Origin: an uncultured Bacteroidota bacterium
GTDB lineage: Bacteria; Bacteroidota; Ignavibacteria; Ignavibacteriales; Ignavibacteriaceae
Reading direction: 5' to 3'
Assembly (NCBI GenBank): GCA_963832355.1
Contig: CAWHTX010000013.1
Location: forward strand, 154,328-218,327
DNA length: 64,000 bases
Part shown: piece after piece, positions 1 to 12,325 of the stretch
Numbering within the stretch: position 1 is the stretch's first letter
Layout of the letters: the number at the start of each line of letters is the position of its first letter
Translations under genes and position numbers: made by a program
The notes under the pieces: model-generated
The model's input: the letters and a program-made list of their open reading frames with translations, nothing else
Databases searched by the model: none
What the model was told of the DNA's origin: nothing

Positions 1-694
1 ACAGACCTTTGTCAGTAGCTGCTATTACAGAATTATTCATTTTGACAATTCTTAAAACATTATTCGAAGGAAGACCGCTCTGCGTTGTATATGTATTCCA
101 GGATTCAGGCGCAGATAAATTTTCGGCACCCTGTTTTTGAATAGCAACGCCGGCTGTGGTTGCAAGGTATATGAGGTCAGCCTTAAGAGAACTGTTTACC
201 TTTATATATGGCTGAAAATCACCGTATTTAAAGAAAGTATCGTAGAAAAGGAAGCTTTTTGAATCTATAAGCGAGAGACCAAAGTCAGTGCACGCATATA
301 TTGTATCGCCTATTGATTCAAGATTATTGATGCTTTTATTCGACTGCTCCGTATCGTTATATATATCAAGAATAGTTTTAACCAGACCCGTTGAAGGATC
401 GTAAACATTTATGGCCCCCTCTCCGCCGCCAAACCAGATCTTTCCATCCATATTTATTGCGACAGCATTCAAAGAAGAACCTATCAGACCGTCATTTTTA
501 TGCAAAGTAAGGAATTCGCCGGAAACAGTATTGTAAAAAAAACCGCCCCCGCTGCTGGCTGCCCATATACCGTTCTGTGCAGAATGGACTGACCTGACAT
601 TTTTCATATCAGTGTAGTTTTTCCAGTTGTAGGTTTCCTGGCCGTAGAGAAAATGGATGCCGACGAATAAAAGTAATAAAAAATGAAACTTCAT
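1..694 (-). CDS. Secreted beta-propeller repeat protein (two-component-regulator-propeller-like), N-terminal part; the gene runs off the window start
   Basis: Not in the ORF track. Reverse-strand ATG is the complement of 692-694. Translation MKFHFLLLLFVGIHFLYGQETYNWKNYTDMKNVRSVHSAQNGIWAASSGGGFFYN...DGKIWFGGGEGAINVYD... shows a signal peptide followed by repeated short propeller-blade-like motifs. Confidence 0.6.
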   Translation of the reverse strand, partial: MKFHFLLLLFVGIHFLYGQETYNWKNYTDMKNVRSVHSAQNGIWAASSGGGFFYNTVSGEFLTLHKNDGLIGSSLNAVAINMDGKIWFGGGEGAINVYDPSTGLVKTILDIYNDTEQSNKSINNLESIGDTIYACTDFGLSLIDSKSFLFYDTFFKYGDFQPYIKVNSSLKADLIYLATTAGVAIQKQGAENLSAPESWNTYTTQSGLPSNNVLRIVKMNNSVIAATDKGL

Positions 695-826
695 TTATGT
701 CCCCGCAAGTTTGGGAATAATGAATGACTAAGAATGAAAATTACAGGTAATAAAAATAATATTTTTCAACTTCGCTGAAAGGTTAAAATTCTTATCTACT
801 TAATATTAAATGAGTTAGGAGGAGAA

Positions 827-1294
827 CTATTTCAACCGGTTATTTAGTAAGTCGCTCATTTCAATGGCTGTTAAAACCGCATCCCTGCCTTTATTTCCTG
901 ATTTCCCCCCGCTTCTTTCCATAGCCTGTTCAATTGTGTTAGTTGTTAATACACCGAATATAACAGGAATCCCGGAATCGAGTGAAACCCGCTGAATGCC
1001 TGTAGCAACTCCCATTGAAACATAATCAAAATGTGGTGTTGCACCGCGGATTACGGCTCCGAGACAAATTATTGCAGAATATTTTTTTGATGATGCCAGG
1101 CTTGAAGCAGTGACCGGAATTTCAAATGCTCCCGGAACTTTGACTACATCATATTCATTTTCATTATATCCTTTTTCTGCAAGACATTTTTTTGCTCCAT
1201 CCAGCAGACGTTCGGTAATAAACTCATTAAATCTGCTTACCACTATTGCAAACTTGAAATTTTTAGCTGAAGAATTGCCTTCAATTATGTTCAT
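827..1294 (-). CDS. ribH: 6,7-dimethyl-8-ribityllumazine synthase
   Basis: 155 aa. [28 protein letters not shown] and GATPHFDYV are typical lumazine synthase motifs, and the length fits. Confidence 0.95.
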   Translation of the reverse strand: MNIIEGNSSAKNFKFAIVVSRFNEFITERLLDGAKKCLAEKGYNENEYDVVKVPGAFEIPVTASSLASSKKYSAIICLGAVIRGATPHFDYVSMGVATGIQRVSLDSGIPVIFGVLTTNTIEQAMERSGGKSGNKGRDAVLTAIEMSDLLNNRLK

Positions 1295-1301
1295 TAATCT
1301 A

Positions 1302-2144
1302 TTATGCTATGTTTTTGAGGAGTCTTTGTCTCATTGCATCAACCACGGAATGGGTGACATAAAATTTCCCGAAATTATTATCATCCTCTCTCCTTCCTCC
1401 ATGGTAATCCGAGCCGCCTGATTCAAGAAGGAAATATTCATTCACAATTCCCCTGTAAAACTTAACAAGCTGATGTGAATGGGAAGGATGAATAACTTCA
1501 ATCCCGTCAACACCGGACTCGATAAGCTCTTTAAGAATATGCTCCGGCATTATTCCCGGGTGGGCAATAAATGAAAGTCCCCCTGAATCTGATATTATCT
1601 TGAATGCACTTCTGGGTGATATATGAACCTTTTTTTCATATGCCACACAGCCATTCCCGATATATTTATTAAATGCCTCATAGTACGAATTTATAAAGCC
1701 TCCCTCAACCATAGCCTGTGCGATATGAGGCCGTCCCACAGCTGAGTTGCGTGAAATTTCCAGTACATCATCAAGCTTTAGTGAAATTCCAAGAGCGTTG
1801 AGTTTTTTAACAATTCTGTCGGCTCGTTTCAGTCTTTCAGCTCTGAAAAATTCAAGGTACCTTTCAAGCTCAGGATTGCCGGGCTCAACAAAATAACCGA
1901 GAATATGGATCTCTCTATCCATTATATCAGAACTGATTTCTACGCCGGGAATTATTTCAACCCCTACCTGTCTGCCGTATTCAGAAGCTTCTGCTATTGC
2001 AGCCAGGTTGTCGTGGTCTGTAATACTTAATATTTCAATCCCTCTTTCTTTAGCCTTATCTATTAACGCTTTAGGAGAATTGAATCCGTCGGAATAATTT
2101 GTATGTGAATGTAAATCAATTTTTGAAAGCATCAATGAATTCAA
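1302..2144 (-). CDS. PHP-domain metal-dependent phosphoesterase (TrpH/YciV-like)
   Basis: 280 aa. N-terminal [11 protein letters not shown] plus later ITDHD and HP..SH histidine motifs indicate the PHP fold. Confidence 0.85.
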   Translation of the reverse strand: MNSLMLSKIDLHSHTNYSDGFNSPKALIDKAKERGIEILSITDHDNLAAIAEASEYGRQVGVEIIPGVEISSDIMDREIHILGYFVEPGNPELERYLEFFRAERLKRADRIVKKLNALGISLKLDDVLEISRNSAVGRPHIAQAMVEGGFINSYYEAFNKYIGNGCVAYEKKVHISPRSAFKIISDSGGLSFIAHPGIMPEHILKELIESGVDGIEVIHPSHSHQLVKFYRGIVNEYFLLESGGSDYHGGRREDDNNFGKFYVTHSVVDAMRQRLLKNIA

Positions 2145-2824
2145 CTGAACATTTCTTTAAATTTTTCATAATCTAATATACGAAGTTTTGAGCCATCAAG
2201 CTCAACCAATCCTTTCTTCGCGAAGGAATGCAGGGTTCTTGATATTGTTTCTCTTGATGTTCCTGCCATATTGGCGAGATCATGCTGGTAAGGAAGTTTT
2301 TCTATTTCTACAGTACCCTGTTTAATTTTACCCACATCATCCGCGATCTGAAGTATTACTGTTGCAACCTTGCCCTCAGCATCTTTGAGTGAGAGAGATT
2401 TAATTTTCATATCGGCAGAACGGAGTCTGTTAGTAAGTTCCTGGAGAAGTGCTATTGAAATTTCAGGATGGCTGTGAAGCATCTCGAGAAATTCACTTCT
2501 CTGGACAATGAACAATTCCGCATCCTCCATTGCAGTTACATTAGCAGAACGGCTCATACCGTCAAGTATAGCCATTTCCCCAAAGAAATCTGATTCATTA
2601 AGTATTGTCAGAATGACTTCCTTTCCGTCATCGCTTACTCTGGAAACTTTAACTTTTCCTTTAATGATTACAAATAATGCTGAACCGGTTTCATGTTCGA
2701 AAAGAATTACTGAGTCTTTTGTGAAGGATTTCCTTATGCCCAACCTCGAAATCTGCTCCAGCGTGCTTTCTTCGAGTTCGGAAAAAATGGGAACATATTT
2801 TAAGAAATCGATTTTATCTTGCAT
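2141..2824 (-). CDS. Crp/Fnr family transcriptional regulator (cNMP-binding domain plus C-terminal HTH)
   Basis: 227 aa. FFGEMAILDG...RSA is a cNMP-binding motif and SRETISRTL is an HTH. It overlaps the downstream PHP gene by 4 nt. Confidence 0.9.
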   Translation of the reverse strand: MQDKIDFLKYVPIFSELEESTLEQISRLGIRKSFTKDSVILFEHETGSALFVIIKGKVKVSRVSDDGKEVILTILNESDFFGEMAILDGMSRSANVTAMEDAELFIVQRSEFLEMLHSHPEISIALLQELTNRLRSADMKIKSLSLKDAEGKVATVILQIADDVGKIKQGTVEIEKLPYQHDLANMAGTSRETISRTLHSFAKKGLVELDGSKLRILDYEKFKEMFS

Positions 2825-3062
2825 ATTCTGGCCTCTTTTCAGAAAAGTTTAATAATATTGAAATATAAATTCGGGTTTGATGAAAGTCAATTTTCGTAAA
2901 CCATTGTAAAATAAGTAAAACGGTCAGTCCCGGATGTTATCTACGTCTCTTTTGACCTGATTATATGCATAATATTTACTTCCATTTTCATTGCTTTTTT
3001 TAGCCTATGTCTCTATTTTAGACGACTTATTTATAAATTTTTAGACTGGAGAGAATTAAATT

Positions 3063-5150
3063 ATGCCAATGATGCAGAAAATGCGGAGTTTGGCTCCTGC
3101 TTTTATTATTTCCGTAGGTGTCCTTTTTGTTCTTTTTATGGTCATTTCTGATTCGAGTGTAATGCAGGCTTTAGGCGGACGTGCTAATTACATTGGAAAA
3201 GTTGACGGAGAAGAGATATCCTACCAGGATTTTAATAATGTTCTTGAAAGACAGAGAGAACAATTAAGAAAGCAGAATGGGGAGGACCTTGATGAAGAAC
3301 AAACCATTCAGCTGCGCAACCAGGTATGGGATGCAATGGTTACCCAGATACTGCTGAAAAAAGAAATAAACAAATACGGAATTAGTGTATCTGATCAGGA
3401 AATAAAAGATATCATCCTTGGCGATAATCCTCCCGATTTTCTTAAACAAAATTTTATTGATTCCACAGGAAAGTTCAATAGACAACTCTATGAATCAGCC
3501 CTTTTCGATCCAAGGAATAAAGATGTTTTAATCCAGGCTGAGGAAGGTGTAAGGCAGACAAGATTGAATGAAAAACTTCAGAGTCTTGTTTTTGCTTCAA
3601 TCACAGTAAGTGAAGATGAAATAAAAAGAGACTTTATAGACCAGAATACAAAAATTACTGCTGATTATGTGCTTGCTCCGCTTTTTATCTTCCCGGATTC
3701 AACTTTTAATATTACTGATGAGGATATTAAAGACTATTATGACAGTAACCTCGATAAATTCAGTGTTACAGCCCAGAGAAAAGTTAAGTATGTACTATTT
3801 CCATTTAAACCATCTTCAGAAGATTCCAACTTTTCCAGAAAAAATCTTGAGATCATTGCTGAAAAATTCCGGCAGGATACTGCTGATTTCAAATCCGTTG
3901 CTGAGAATTACGCCTCTTCACCTATGACAGTTGATACACTTTCTATGTCTCAGTTTCCCAAAGAAATCACAGGACAGATCGAAAAGGCAAAGAAGGGTGA
4001 TTTAATTGGTCCGGTTTCAACGGCTCAGGGTTATGTGCTTTATCATTTAATAGGCACTGTGCCTTCAGATAAACCTGAAGTGAGAGCTTCGCATATATTA
4101 ATAAATCAATATGGAAATGCAGAAAGTAATAAAGAAGAAGCAATGAAGCTTTATGAACAGCTGAAAAAAGGTGCTGATTTTGCAAAGCTTGCACGGGAAT
4201 ATTCACGTGATCCGGGCAGCGCAAAAAACGGCGGAGATCTTGGCTGGTTCAGTAAGGGTATGATGGTTCCCGAATTTGAAAAAGTGGCTCTGAATGCTAA
4301 AGTAGGGGTTGTACAGGAACCGATCCAGACTCAATTCGGCTACCATATTATAGAAGTAACCGATAAATCAGATAAGAAATACATTGTACAGAAGGTAGTG
4401 AATCCTCTTGATGTTTCAGCTACCACTAAAGATCTGCTTCAGTCGCAGGCTCAGGATTTTGCTTATATAGCCAGGAAGAATGGTTTTGAAAGCGAAGCCA
4501 AATTAATGAATTATAAAGTCCAGGAATCCGGTGCTTTCCAGGAAGATGCCGCAACAATTCCGGGACTCGGTCAAAATAAGAATATACCTGCATTTGCTTT
4601 CGATAATGATCTGAATACGGTAAGCGAACCATTCCGTTTAAGTACAGGGTACGCAGTTGTAATGGTATCAGATATTACTAAAGAAGGCGTAAAACCGTTT
4701 GAGGAAGTAAAAAGTACAATTAAACCTCAGGTAATACGTGAAAAACAATATGCTAAAGCAAAACAACTTGTTGAAGAGATTAAACAAAAAGTTAACGGTG
4801 ATTTAAGCAAAGCTCAGACAATCAATTCAAAAGTGAACTATAACGTGGCAAAAGATTTTACACCCGCCGGTACTGTCCCTGGTTTAGGTAAAGACTGGGC
4901 ATTCATTGAAACAGCGCTCGAAGCACCTTTAAATAAGGTGACCGATCCGGTTCATGGATACAGGGGTTATTATCTCATTAAGGTTACAAACAGGACTCCT
5001 TTTGATTCTACAAAATTTGAGATACAGAGAAATTCCATCAGGGACAAATTAATCAGACAAAAACAGAGCACAGTTCTGAATCAATGGATTGAAGAACTTA
5101 AAAAGAAAGCTGATATTGTCGATAACAGGAGTCAATTTTTCGGTCAATAA
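3063..5150 (+). CDS. ppiD: Periplasmic chaperone / parvulin-type peptidyl-prolyl isomerase (PpiD-like)
   Basis: 695 aa. N-terminal membrane anchor, SurA-N-like region, and a parvulin core (ASHILI...[17 protein letters not shown]...FGYHII). Confidence 0.8.
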   Translation: MPMMQKMRSLAPAFIISVGVLFVLFMVISDSSVMQALGGRANYIGKVDGEEISYQDFNNVLERQREQLRKQNGEDLDEEQTIQLRNQVWDAMVTQILLKKEINKYGISVSDQEIKDIILGDNPPDFLKQNFIDSTGKFNRQLYESALFDPRNKDVLIQAEEGVRQTRLNEKLQSLVFASITVSEDEIKRDFIDQNTKITADYVLAPLFIFPDSTFNITDEDIKDYYDSNLDKFSVTAQRKVKYVLFPFKPSSEDSNFSRKNLEIIAEKFRQDTADFKSVAENYASSPMTVDTLSMSQFPKEITGQIEKAKKGDLIGPVSTAQGYVLYHLIGTVPSDKPEVRASHILINQYGNAESNKEEAMKLYEQLKKGADFAKLAREYSRDPGSAKNGGDLGWFSKGMMVPEFEKVALNAKVGVVQEPIQTQFGYHIIEVTDKSDKKYIVQKVVNPLDVSATTKDLLQSQAQDFAYIARKNGFESEAKLMNYKVQESGAFQEDAATIPGLGQNKNIPAFAFDNDLNTVSEPFRLSTGYAVVMVSDITKEGVKPFEEVKSTIKPQVIREKQYAKAKQLVEEIKQKVNGDLSKAQTINSKVNYNVAKDFTPAGTVPGLGKDWAFIETALEAPLNKVTDPVHGYRGYYLIKVTNRTPFDSTKFEIQRNSIRDKLIRQKQSTVLNQWIEELKKKADIVDNRSQFFGQ

Positions 5151-5172
5151 AAAAAAGATAATTTTATTTGGA

Positions 5173-5215
5173 CCCCTGTTTAGAAGCTGAGTCTATAAAC
5201 AGGGGTTTTGTTTTT
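5173..5215 (+). terminator. Rho-independent terminator after the ppiD-like gene
   Basis: 10-bp stem cccctgttta/taaacagggg followed by a ttttgttttt run. Confidence 0.7.
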
Positions 5216-5235
5216 AAATTTAACACTATAGCAGG

Positions 5236-5949
5236 ATGTATCTCAGATATTTGATTTTGTTTCTGGTGCTGCTGTCTTCGTATGCAGATGCTCAGTTTGA
5301 CGGCAAACGCTTCAGTATAGGTGTAAATGGTGTTTATACCACATCTGCCAGGATATATCTTAACCCTAATTCATCCGACCCGGTTCTCCGTAATCATGCT
5401 TTCGGGATTGCCGATATTATTAATCCGTCGATAGACTTCCGCTACAGAATTACGAATGATATTATCATTGGTATAGGAACGGAATATATGAAGACAACTG
5501 CTGCGGGACCTAACCTTACTGCTTTTTCCGGAAATTCGACCGTGACTATAGATGTTAACGATGGTTTTCTTCTGATACCGGTGGAAATCTCCGGATATTA
5601 TTTGCTTCCTTTCTCTACAGAAAAATTTAAATTTCTTATGGGCGGAGGTGCCGGTTATTATTACGGGGAACATATAAGGGAATTCGGTGATGAATCTGTT
5701 TCAACTGAAAGCCGGGATTTTGCATATGGCATACAGGTTTCTGTTTCCATGGATTATATGATACGCGATGACATAACTGTGCATTCTGAAATGAAGTTCA
5801 GGGACCCTCAATTTAAAGTTAAAAGTGCATATGATAAACTTGAAGTAAATTATAATGGCCAGATAATACGCCTTGCACAGAAAACATTCGATTCAAAAAT
5901 TGATGTCGATGGGGTAACCTTCATACTCGGATTTTCATTTCTCTTTTAA
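5236..5949 (+). CDS. Outer-membrane beta-barrel protein (hypothetical)
   Basis: 237 aa. Signal peptide (LLSSYADAQ), alternating hydrophobic beta-strand pattern and a C-terminal aromatic residue (FSFLF). Confidence 0.55.
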   Translation: MYLRYLILFLVLLSSYADAQFDGKRFSIGVNGVYTTSARIYLNPNSSDPVLRNHAFGIADIINPSIDFRYRITNDIIIGIGTEYMKTTAAGPNLTAFSGNSTVTIDVNDGFLLIPVEISGYYLLPFSTEKFKFLMGGGAGYYYGEHIREFGDESVSTESRDFAYGIQVSVSMDYMIRDDITVHSEMKFRDPQFKVKSAYDKLEVNYNGQIIRLAQKTFDSKIDVDGVTFILGFSFLF

Positions 5950-6097
5950 TAAGCCGGTCAGATTTCTGCAGCTTATCGACCGTCCGCTTATTTTACATTT
6001 AAAGAATACACAGAAAAATTTAAAATGTTACCAACAATTATTTTCTTCTCTGATATTTTTGTCCTGCTTCTGAATTTTTTTATTAAGTTTGTAACCA

Positions 6098-6634
6098 ATG
6101 AAAGATGATGTTATTTATCTCGCCGGTTTTATGGGTGCAGGTAAAAGTACAATAGGTCCGATTCTCGCGAATACACTGGGATGGAATTTTTACGACCTGG
6201 ACAGAGTGATTGAAAAACACGAAGGAATGAAAGTAAGAGAGATCTTTGAAACCAAAGGTGAAAGTTATTTCAGAAAGATAGAGCGTGAACAACTTGAAAT
6301 GATTTCCTCTGAAAATAAGGTGATCATCTCTCTGGGAGGGGGAACAATGAGTAATGAAGACAACCTGATATTTCTGAAAAAAACAGGTACAATATTTTAT
6401 CTTAAAGCCTCACAGGAAGCAATATATAAAAGGCTTAAATACAAACGGGATCGTCCTGCTCTGCATATCAACGGTGATTTTCCCGAAACAAAAGAAGAAC
6501 TGATGGAATTGATAAATAAGCTTTTGAATGAAAGAGAAAAATTCTATCTTTTAGCCGATCACATTATTCTTACTGATAATATTCCCGTGGGTAAAACTGT
6601 TGATAGGATTGCAAGATTAATATCATCAAAATAA
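6098..6634 (+). CDS. aroK: Shikimate kinase
   Basis: 178 aa. Walker A GFMGAGKST and the D-x-D motif (FYDLDRVIE). It lies adjacent to aroB. Confidence 0.9.
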   Translation: MKDDVIYLAGFMGAGKSTIGPILANTLGWNFYDLDRVIEKHEGMKVREIFETKGESYFRKIEREQLEMISSENKVIISLGGGTMSNEDNLIFLKKTGTIFYLKASQEAIYKRLKYKRDRPALHINGDFPETKEELMELINKLLNEREKFYLLADHIILTDNIPVGKTVDRIARLISSK

Positions 6635-6652
6635 ATAATCAGGAATAATTCT

Positions 6653-7747
6653 TTGAAAAAAATAAATGTGGAGGTTTCCGATTCTTCCTACCCGATATTT
6701 GCAGGAAGAGGAATATTAACACACCTAAAGCCTCAACTGAAGAAGTATGCCCATTTTAATAATTTTTTTATTGTAGTCGACAGAAATGTTGCCAGGCACC
6801 ATTTAAAAGATATTAAGAAAGCGATCGGCAGACGCAAAAAAGTTTTTTATTATGAATTGAAACCGGGTGAAAATTCCAAATCGCAGGAACAACTGAAAAA
6901 AATATACAATTCACTTATAAAAAATAATTTCGGCAGGGATACATTATTGATCTCGATCGGGGGAGGCGTAACCGGGGATCTGGCAGGATACTCGGCAGCA
7001 ACATATATGAGGGGATTACAGCTCATAAACATTCCAACTACGCTTCTGTCGGCTGTTGATAGTTCAATCGGGGGTAAGACAGCAATAAACTTTAACGGAT
7101 ACAAAAACATTATCGGGGCATTCTATCAACCCGATATGGTTCTGATAGATTCGGATTTTTTCAGAACTCTGCCCAATAAAGAGTACATTGCGGGGATGGG
7201 TGAGGTAATTAAATACGCTTATATCTCATCTCCCGAATTATACAATCTCATTAATGAAAACTTCGATAGTATCAGGCGAAAAGATGAAAAGATCATTGAC
7301 GAGATAATACTTAAATGCGCTGCTATAAAGGCGGGTGTTGTTTCCAATGATGAGAGGGAGAACGGTCTCAGAAAAATTCTTAACTTCGGTCATACTTTCG
7401 GCCATGCTATTGAATCAGCTTCCGGCTTTAAATTAAGACATGGACTTTGTGTTATTTATGGAATAGTAATAGAATTATTTTTATCCAATAAAATAGGGGT
7501 TCTGTCAAGGAAGAAACTGACAAAATACCTTGAACTTCCGGGAAAGTTCCGGCTGAAGAACTTATTAGATGATTTCGATTTTGAAGAAATATACACTATA
7601 ATGCTTACAGATAAGAAAAACCGCAATGGGAAGATAAATTTTGTTCTGTTATCAGACCTTGGTAAGATTCTGCTCGATGTGGATGCCGGTAAGAGAGATA
7701 TTATGTATGCGTATGAAAGGGCCCGGAATTTTTTCGATAAAAGTTAA
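6653..7747 (+). CDS. aroB: 3-dehydroquinate synthase
   Basis: 364 aa with a TTG start. GGGVTGDLAGY, IPTTLLSAVDSSIGGKTAIN and NFGHTFGHAIE are characteristic of the family. Confidence 0.9.
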   Translation: MKKINVEVSDSSYPIFAGRGILTHLKPQLKKYAHFNNFFIVVDRNVARHHLKDIKKAIGRRKKVFYYELKPGENSKSQEQLKKIYNSLIKNNFGRDTLLISIGGGVTGDLAGYSAATYMRGLQLINIPTTLLSAVDSSIGGKTAINFNGYKNIIGAFYQPDMVLIDSDFFRTLPNKEYIAGMGEVIKYAYISSPELYNLINENFDSIRRKDEKIIDEIILKCAAIKAGVVSNDERENGLRKILNFGHTFGHAIESASGFKLRHGLCVIYGIVIELFLSNKIGVLSRKKLTKYLELPGKFRLKNLLDDFDFEEIYTIMLTDKKNRNGKINFVLLSDLGKILLDVDAGKRDIMYAYERARNFFDKS

Positions 7748-7756
7748 GGTTCGGTT

Positions 7757-7831
7757 TAAAGGAGAAACTGTCGGATCTTTGAGGGTGAAAATCCGACAGT
7801 TCGTGTGTCATTTATGGAGGGGGTACTATGC
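7757..7831 (-). ncRNA. Candidate small RNA, copy A (C-rich ACCCCCTCCA segment plus an 11-bp hairpin)
   Basis: The hairpin spans 7766-7801 (aactgtcggat / atccgacagtt). On the minus strand it is followed by tctccttt. A paralogous copy lies at 7986-8047. There is no transcript evidence. Confidence 0.3.
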
Positions 7832-7985
7832 AAAAAACTATTTTCTATTTTCAGGTTAGAAGGTTCAACTAATATGCCACCCAAAAAGACGGCAAAATAG
7901 ACTGAAAATGTGCTCGAAGAAATTTACGGGGTAAGAATTACAATCTGCGATTACTTTTTTACATGAACTTTTGAAATGTGTTGTT

Positions 7986-8047
7986 TAAAAAAGGAACTGC
8001 CGGAAATTGTCGCAAATCCGGCAGTTAGAATTGGAAGGGTGTTATGC
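7986..8047 (-). ncRNA. Candidate small RNA, copy B (ACCCTTCCA segment plus a terminator-like hairpin)
   Basis: The hairpin spans 7995-8026 (aactgccgga / tccggcagtt). On the minus strand it is followed by cctttttt, giving an intrinsic-terminator shape. The stem carries compensatory changes relative to copy A. Confidence 0.35.
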
Positions 8048-8196
8048 TTAAACTATGAACTACTTCGTATATGAAAGGTCAAGTACTATGCCATTTCTTA
8101 AAGCACGTTTTTTGCATAATTTCAAATCTTGTAATCTCATTATAAGATAATTTCAATTGAACCTTATTATTTTGATACTAAGAAGGAGCTGTCCGG

Positions 8197-9141
8197 ATGC
8201 CTGAACATGAAAGTCTCGTTGAATTAAATCTTGCAGAGGAGATTGAAAAATTAAAAAAAGAACTGAATGCAGTTATTCTGGCGCATTATTATCAGGAATC
8301 GGAAATACAGGATATAGCCGATTTTGTCGGTGATAGTCTTGATCTGGCAAGAAAGGCAAAATCGACCCAGGCGGACGTAATTGTTTTCGCAGGCGTTCAT
8401 TTTATGGCGGAGACCGCTAAAATATTGAACCCTGACAAACTCGTGCTGCTTCCCGATCTTGAAGCAGGCTGTTCACTTGCAGAAAGTTGTCCCGCCCCTT
8501 TATTTAAGGCTTTCCGTGAAAAGCATCCCGATCATATATCAATAACCTATATAAATTGTACAGCTGAGGTGAAAGCTCTCAGTGATATAATCTGTACTTC
8601 CAGTAATGCCGAAAAAATTATTCAGCAGATTCCTCCCGGTAAGCCAATTCTGTTTGCTCCTGACCGTAACCTGGGAAAATATCTGATTAAAAAGACGGGA
8701 AGGGAAATGCTTCTATGGGACGGCTCCTGTATAGTTCATGAAACTTTCAGTGAGAGGAAGTTAATCGATCTTAAGCTCGAATATCCGGAAGCTAAGGTCA
8801 TAGCTCATCCCGAGTGCGAAGAAATAGTTTTGAACAGAGCCGACTTTATTGGTTCAACAAGTAAGTTATTAAAGTTTGTGCAGGAGGACCCTGCGGATCA
8901 ATTTATAGTTGCAACAGAGTCAGGCATTCTCCATCAGATGAAGAAACTGGTTCCCGGTAAAACTCTTATTCCTGCGCCTCCCGAGGAAAACTGCAGCTGT
9001 AATGAATGTCCTTACATGAAGCTTAATACCATGGAAAAACTCTACCTGAGTATGAAGAATAAAGAACCGGAGATTACACTGGATCCCGGTCTGATGAAAA
9101 GAGCTCTCAACCCCATTGAGAGAATGCTTGAGATGAGTTAG
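8197..9141 (+). CDS. nadA: Quinolinate synthase
   Basis: 314 aa. [28 protein letters not shown] and the overall NadA layout are present. SD gaaggag lies upstream. Confidence 0.95.
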   Translation: MPEHESLVELNLAEEIEKLKKELNAVILAHYYQESEIQDIADFVGDSLDLARKAKSTQADVIVFAGVHFMAETAKILNPDKLVLLPDLEAGCSLAESCPAPLFKAFREKHPDHISITYINCTAEVKALSDIICTSSNAEKIIQQIPPGKPILFAPDRNLGKYLIKKTGREMLLWDGSCIVHETFSERKLIDLKLEYPEAKVIAHPECEEIVLNRADFIGSTSKLLKFVQEDPADQFIVATESGILHQMKKLVPGKTLIPAPPEENCSCNECPYMKLNTMEKLYLSMKNKEPEITLDPGLMKRALNPIERMLEMS

Positions 9142-10352
9142 CACTTGTTAAGGATGATAGCTATTGTTGTCCCTTCTCCCGGGGAAGAATTCTTCACATA
9201 AATCTTACCCCCATGGTATCCTTCAATAATTCTCTTGGAAAGACTTAAACCCAGACCCCATCCTCTTCTTTTTGTACTGTACCCCGGTCTGAAGATGTCC
9301 TTCCTCCTCTTATATTCGATACCTTTGCCATTATCAAAAACACATACTTCAATATGACTTTTCGAACCGGTAATGGAAATAGCAATTATCCCTGATTTAT
9401 GATCTATGGCATCAAGTGAATTTTTTATAAGATTTTCAATCACCCATCCGAAAAGCTCGGAATTCATTTCAGCACAGAGTTCTTTATCTGCATCGATCGT
9501 CAGTTCCACACTTTTTCCGTTCGGGAGTCTTCTCTGAAAATAGTCTGTAATCTTTTTAACTTCGGAATACACATTTCGGGGTTTTATCTCCGGTGTAGAA
9601 CCGATTTTAGAAAACCTGTACGTAATTTTATTAAGCTTTTCAACATCGCTTCCTATCTCGTCAGCAATGTCTATTACCTTATCGGGATCATTGTAATTTA
9701 TCTTCAGCATTTCAAGCCATCCCATAAGGCTTGATATGGGTGTCCCGAACTGGTGTGCAGTCTCTTTTGCCATGCCAACCCATATATTGCTCTGCTCGCT
9801 TCTTTTAATGCTGCTGAACCCGACATAGCCTATAACAATGAATAGTACTGCGATAATTATCTGAAAGTAAGGGTATAACCTCAGCCTGTTAATCAGGTCC
9901 GAATCACCGTAATGAATTTTCTGAAGAATAAGAGTATCCTCGTAAGTTACAAGAATGGGCTTATGCGCCTCATCCATCTCCCTTACCTGCTGGTTAAAAA
10001 ACTTCTCAAGTTCATCCCTGGAAAGGGTAGAGTCGTACTTTATGTTTCTTACATCCTTAATGTCATGCTTACTTTCAATTTTTACAAGGTCGTCCGGTCC
10101 GGTTGATATAAGGGGGAAATCAATTGGTTTGAGTATATTATCGAACAGGAATGTTATATCGGCATTTGGTTCCGATGTATTGGCTACATATTCAATACCC
10201 TTTGCATAAAGCTCCACAATGGTTCTTTCCCGGTTCTGAAGTACTTTAACCAGGTTCTGGGTATAATAGAGAGTTCCCACGGCTATAAGAAAAGCAACAA
10301 CTATAAGGCTGATTTTGATATTTAGAGATGCGGGTCCGCCGGACATTTTCAT
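9138..10352 (-). CDS. Sensor histidine kinase (2 TM, extracytoplasmic loop, HisKA-like and HATPase domains)
   Basis: 404 aa. H-box [12 protein letters not shown]-box NLIKNSLDA, and G-boxes DNGKGI / GWGLGLSL. No adjacent response regulator. Confidence 0.85.
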   Translation of the reverse strand: MKMSGGPASLNIKISLIVVAFLIAVGTLYYTQNLVKVLQNRERTIVELYAKGIEYVANTSEPNADITFLFDNILKPIDFPLISTGPDDLVKIESKHDIKDVRNIKYDSTLSRDELEKFFNQQVREMDEAHKPILVTYEDTLILQKIHYGDSDLINRLRLYPYFQIIIAVLFIVIGYVGFSSIKRSEQSNIWVGMAKETAHQFGTPISSLMGWLEMLKINYNDPDKVIDIADEIGSDVEKLNKITYRFSKIGSTPEIKPRNVYSEVKKITDYFQRRLPNGKSVELTIDADKELCAEMNSELFGWVIENLIKNSLDAIDHKSGIIAISITGSKSHIEVCVFDNGKGIEYKRRKDIFRPGYSTKRRGWGLGLSLSKRIIEGYHGGKIYVKNSSPGEGTTIAIILNKC

Positions 10353-10467
10353 GGAATGGTTCTACCCGGAATTATTAAAAAACAAAGCCAAGTATCGCAC
10401 TTTTATGAGTATAAAATCCAGTCATAATTTTGGTTAAAAACCTGGGATCCCTGGTTTAGGATTCAGG

Positions 10468-11748
<1,281 letters not shown>

Positions 11749-11764
11749 TTATTTTATGAATTTG

Positions 11765-11799
11765 ATCAAAATAAAAACTCCGAATGAAATCCGGAGTTT
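11765..11799 (-). terminator. Rho-independent terminator downstream of the STAS gene (minus strand)
   Basis: Minus-strand reading is aaactccg-gatttcatt-cggagttt followed by ttatttt. Confidence 0.65.
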
Positions 11800-11831
11800 A
11801 AAACTACATAAAACCTGATTTATGAGGAAAT

Positions 11832-12179
11832 TTAATTAGAAAAACTTTTAATAGCTTCATCCACGTTTTCGTAGAACTCGAAGATTGTAATGAGTTTTGT
11901 AATAATAAGCAGGCTTTCGATTTTTTCGGTAACCCGGGCTAATTTAAGGTTTCCGCCGGCCTTTTTCATCGTTGTTAATCCCCCAATCATCATGCCAAGA
12001 CCAGAGCTGTTCATGAATTTTACATCAGAAAGGTCTACAACGATATTTTTCTTACCTTCATCGATCAGTTTATGGAGTAAATCATTAAATTCTTTAGTAT
12101 CTTCACCGCCCATCACATTTCCCTTTAAATCTATGACGACAGCTTCGTACCTTTCATTTACTTTTGTTTTCATTAACAA
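11832..12179 (-). CDS. STAS-domain anti-sigma-factor antagonist (SpoIIAA/RsbV-like)
   Basis: 115 aa. DLSDVKFMNSSGLGMMIG contains the conserved phosphorylatable Ser-x-G-L-G motif. Confidence 0.9.
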   Translation of the reverse strand: MLMKTKVNERYEAVVIDLKGNVMGGEDTKEFNDLLHKLIDEGKKNIVVDLSDVKFMNSSGLGMMIGGLTTMKKAGGNLKLARVTEKIESLLIITKLITIFEFYENVDEAIKSFSN

Positions 12180-12293
12180 CTCCTAAAATTTTTGCATTAA
12201 ATTTAAGTTAATGGAGGTAACAAAGCAAGTTTACAGGATTAAGCCTGAAGATTATTTTTGGTTTAATTGTTAGATAAAAATTAAATATTTTAC

Positions 12294-12320
12294 GGAACCT
12301 GACCCAAAATTTTACGTCTA
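12294..12320 (+). promoter_or_regulatory. ECF-type promoter candidate (GGAAC-N16-CGTCTA) directly upstream of the ECF sigma gene
   Basis: ggaac lies at 12294-12298 and cgtcta at 12315-12320, a 16-nt spacer. The ATG is at 12326 with no SD sequence in between. Confidence 0.5.
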
Positions 12321-12325
12321 AAAAG

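Noticed and set aside
7641-7859. 72-aa ORF bridging the aroB 3' end and the spacer
   Set aside because: It overlaps aroB out of frame, has no RBS and no recognisable motifs, and its 3' part covers the hairpin of repeat copy A.
7757-8196. NAD+ (nadA-motif) riboswitch upstream of nadA, suggested by two tandem similar domains
   Set aside because: The known nadA motif is a compact tandem of about 100 nt just upstream of the gene. Here the copies start about 230 nt apart, and I could not recognise the conserved internal-loop sequence. The hairpins are followed by T-runs only on the opposite strand. A covariance-model scan (Rfam nadA) would settle it.
9138-9141. Convergent genes with overlapping or abutting stop codons and no room for terminators: nadA with the histidine kinase here, and the Ycf48-like gene with the helicase at 45551-45553
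   Set aside because: This is common in compact genomes and has no specific signal beyond gene packing.
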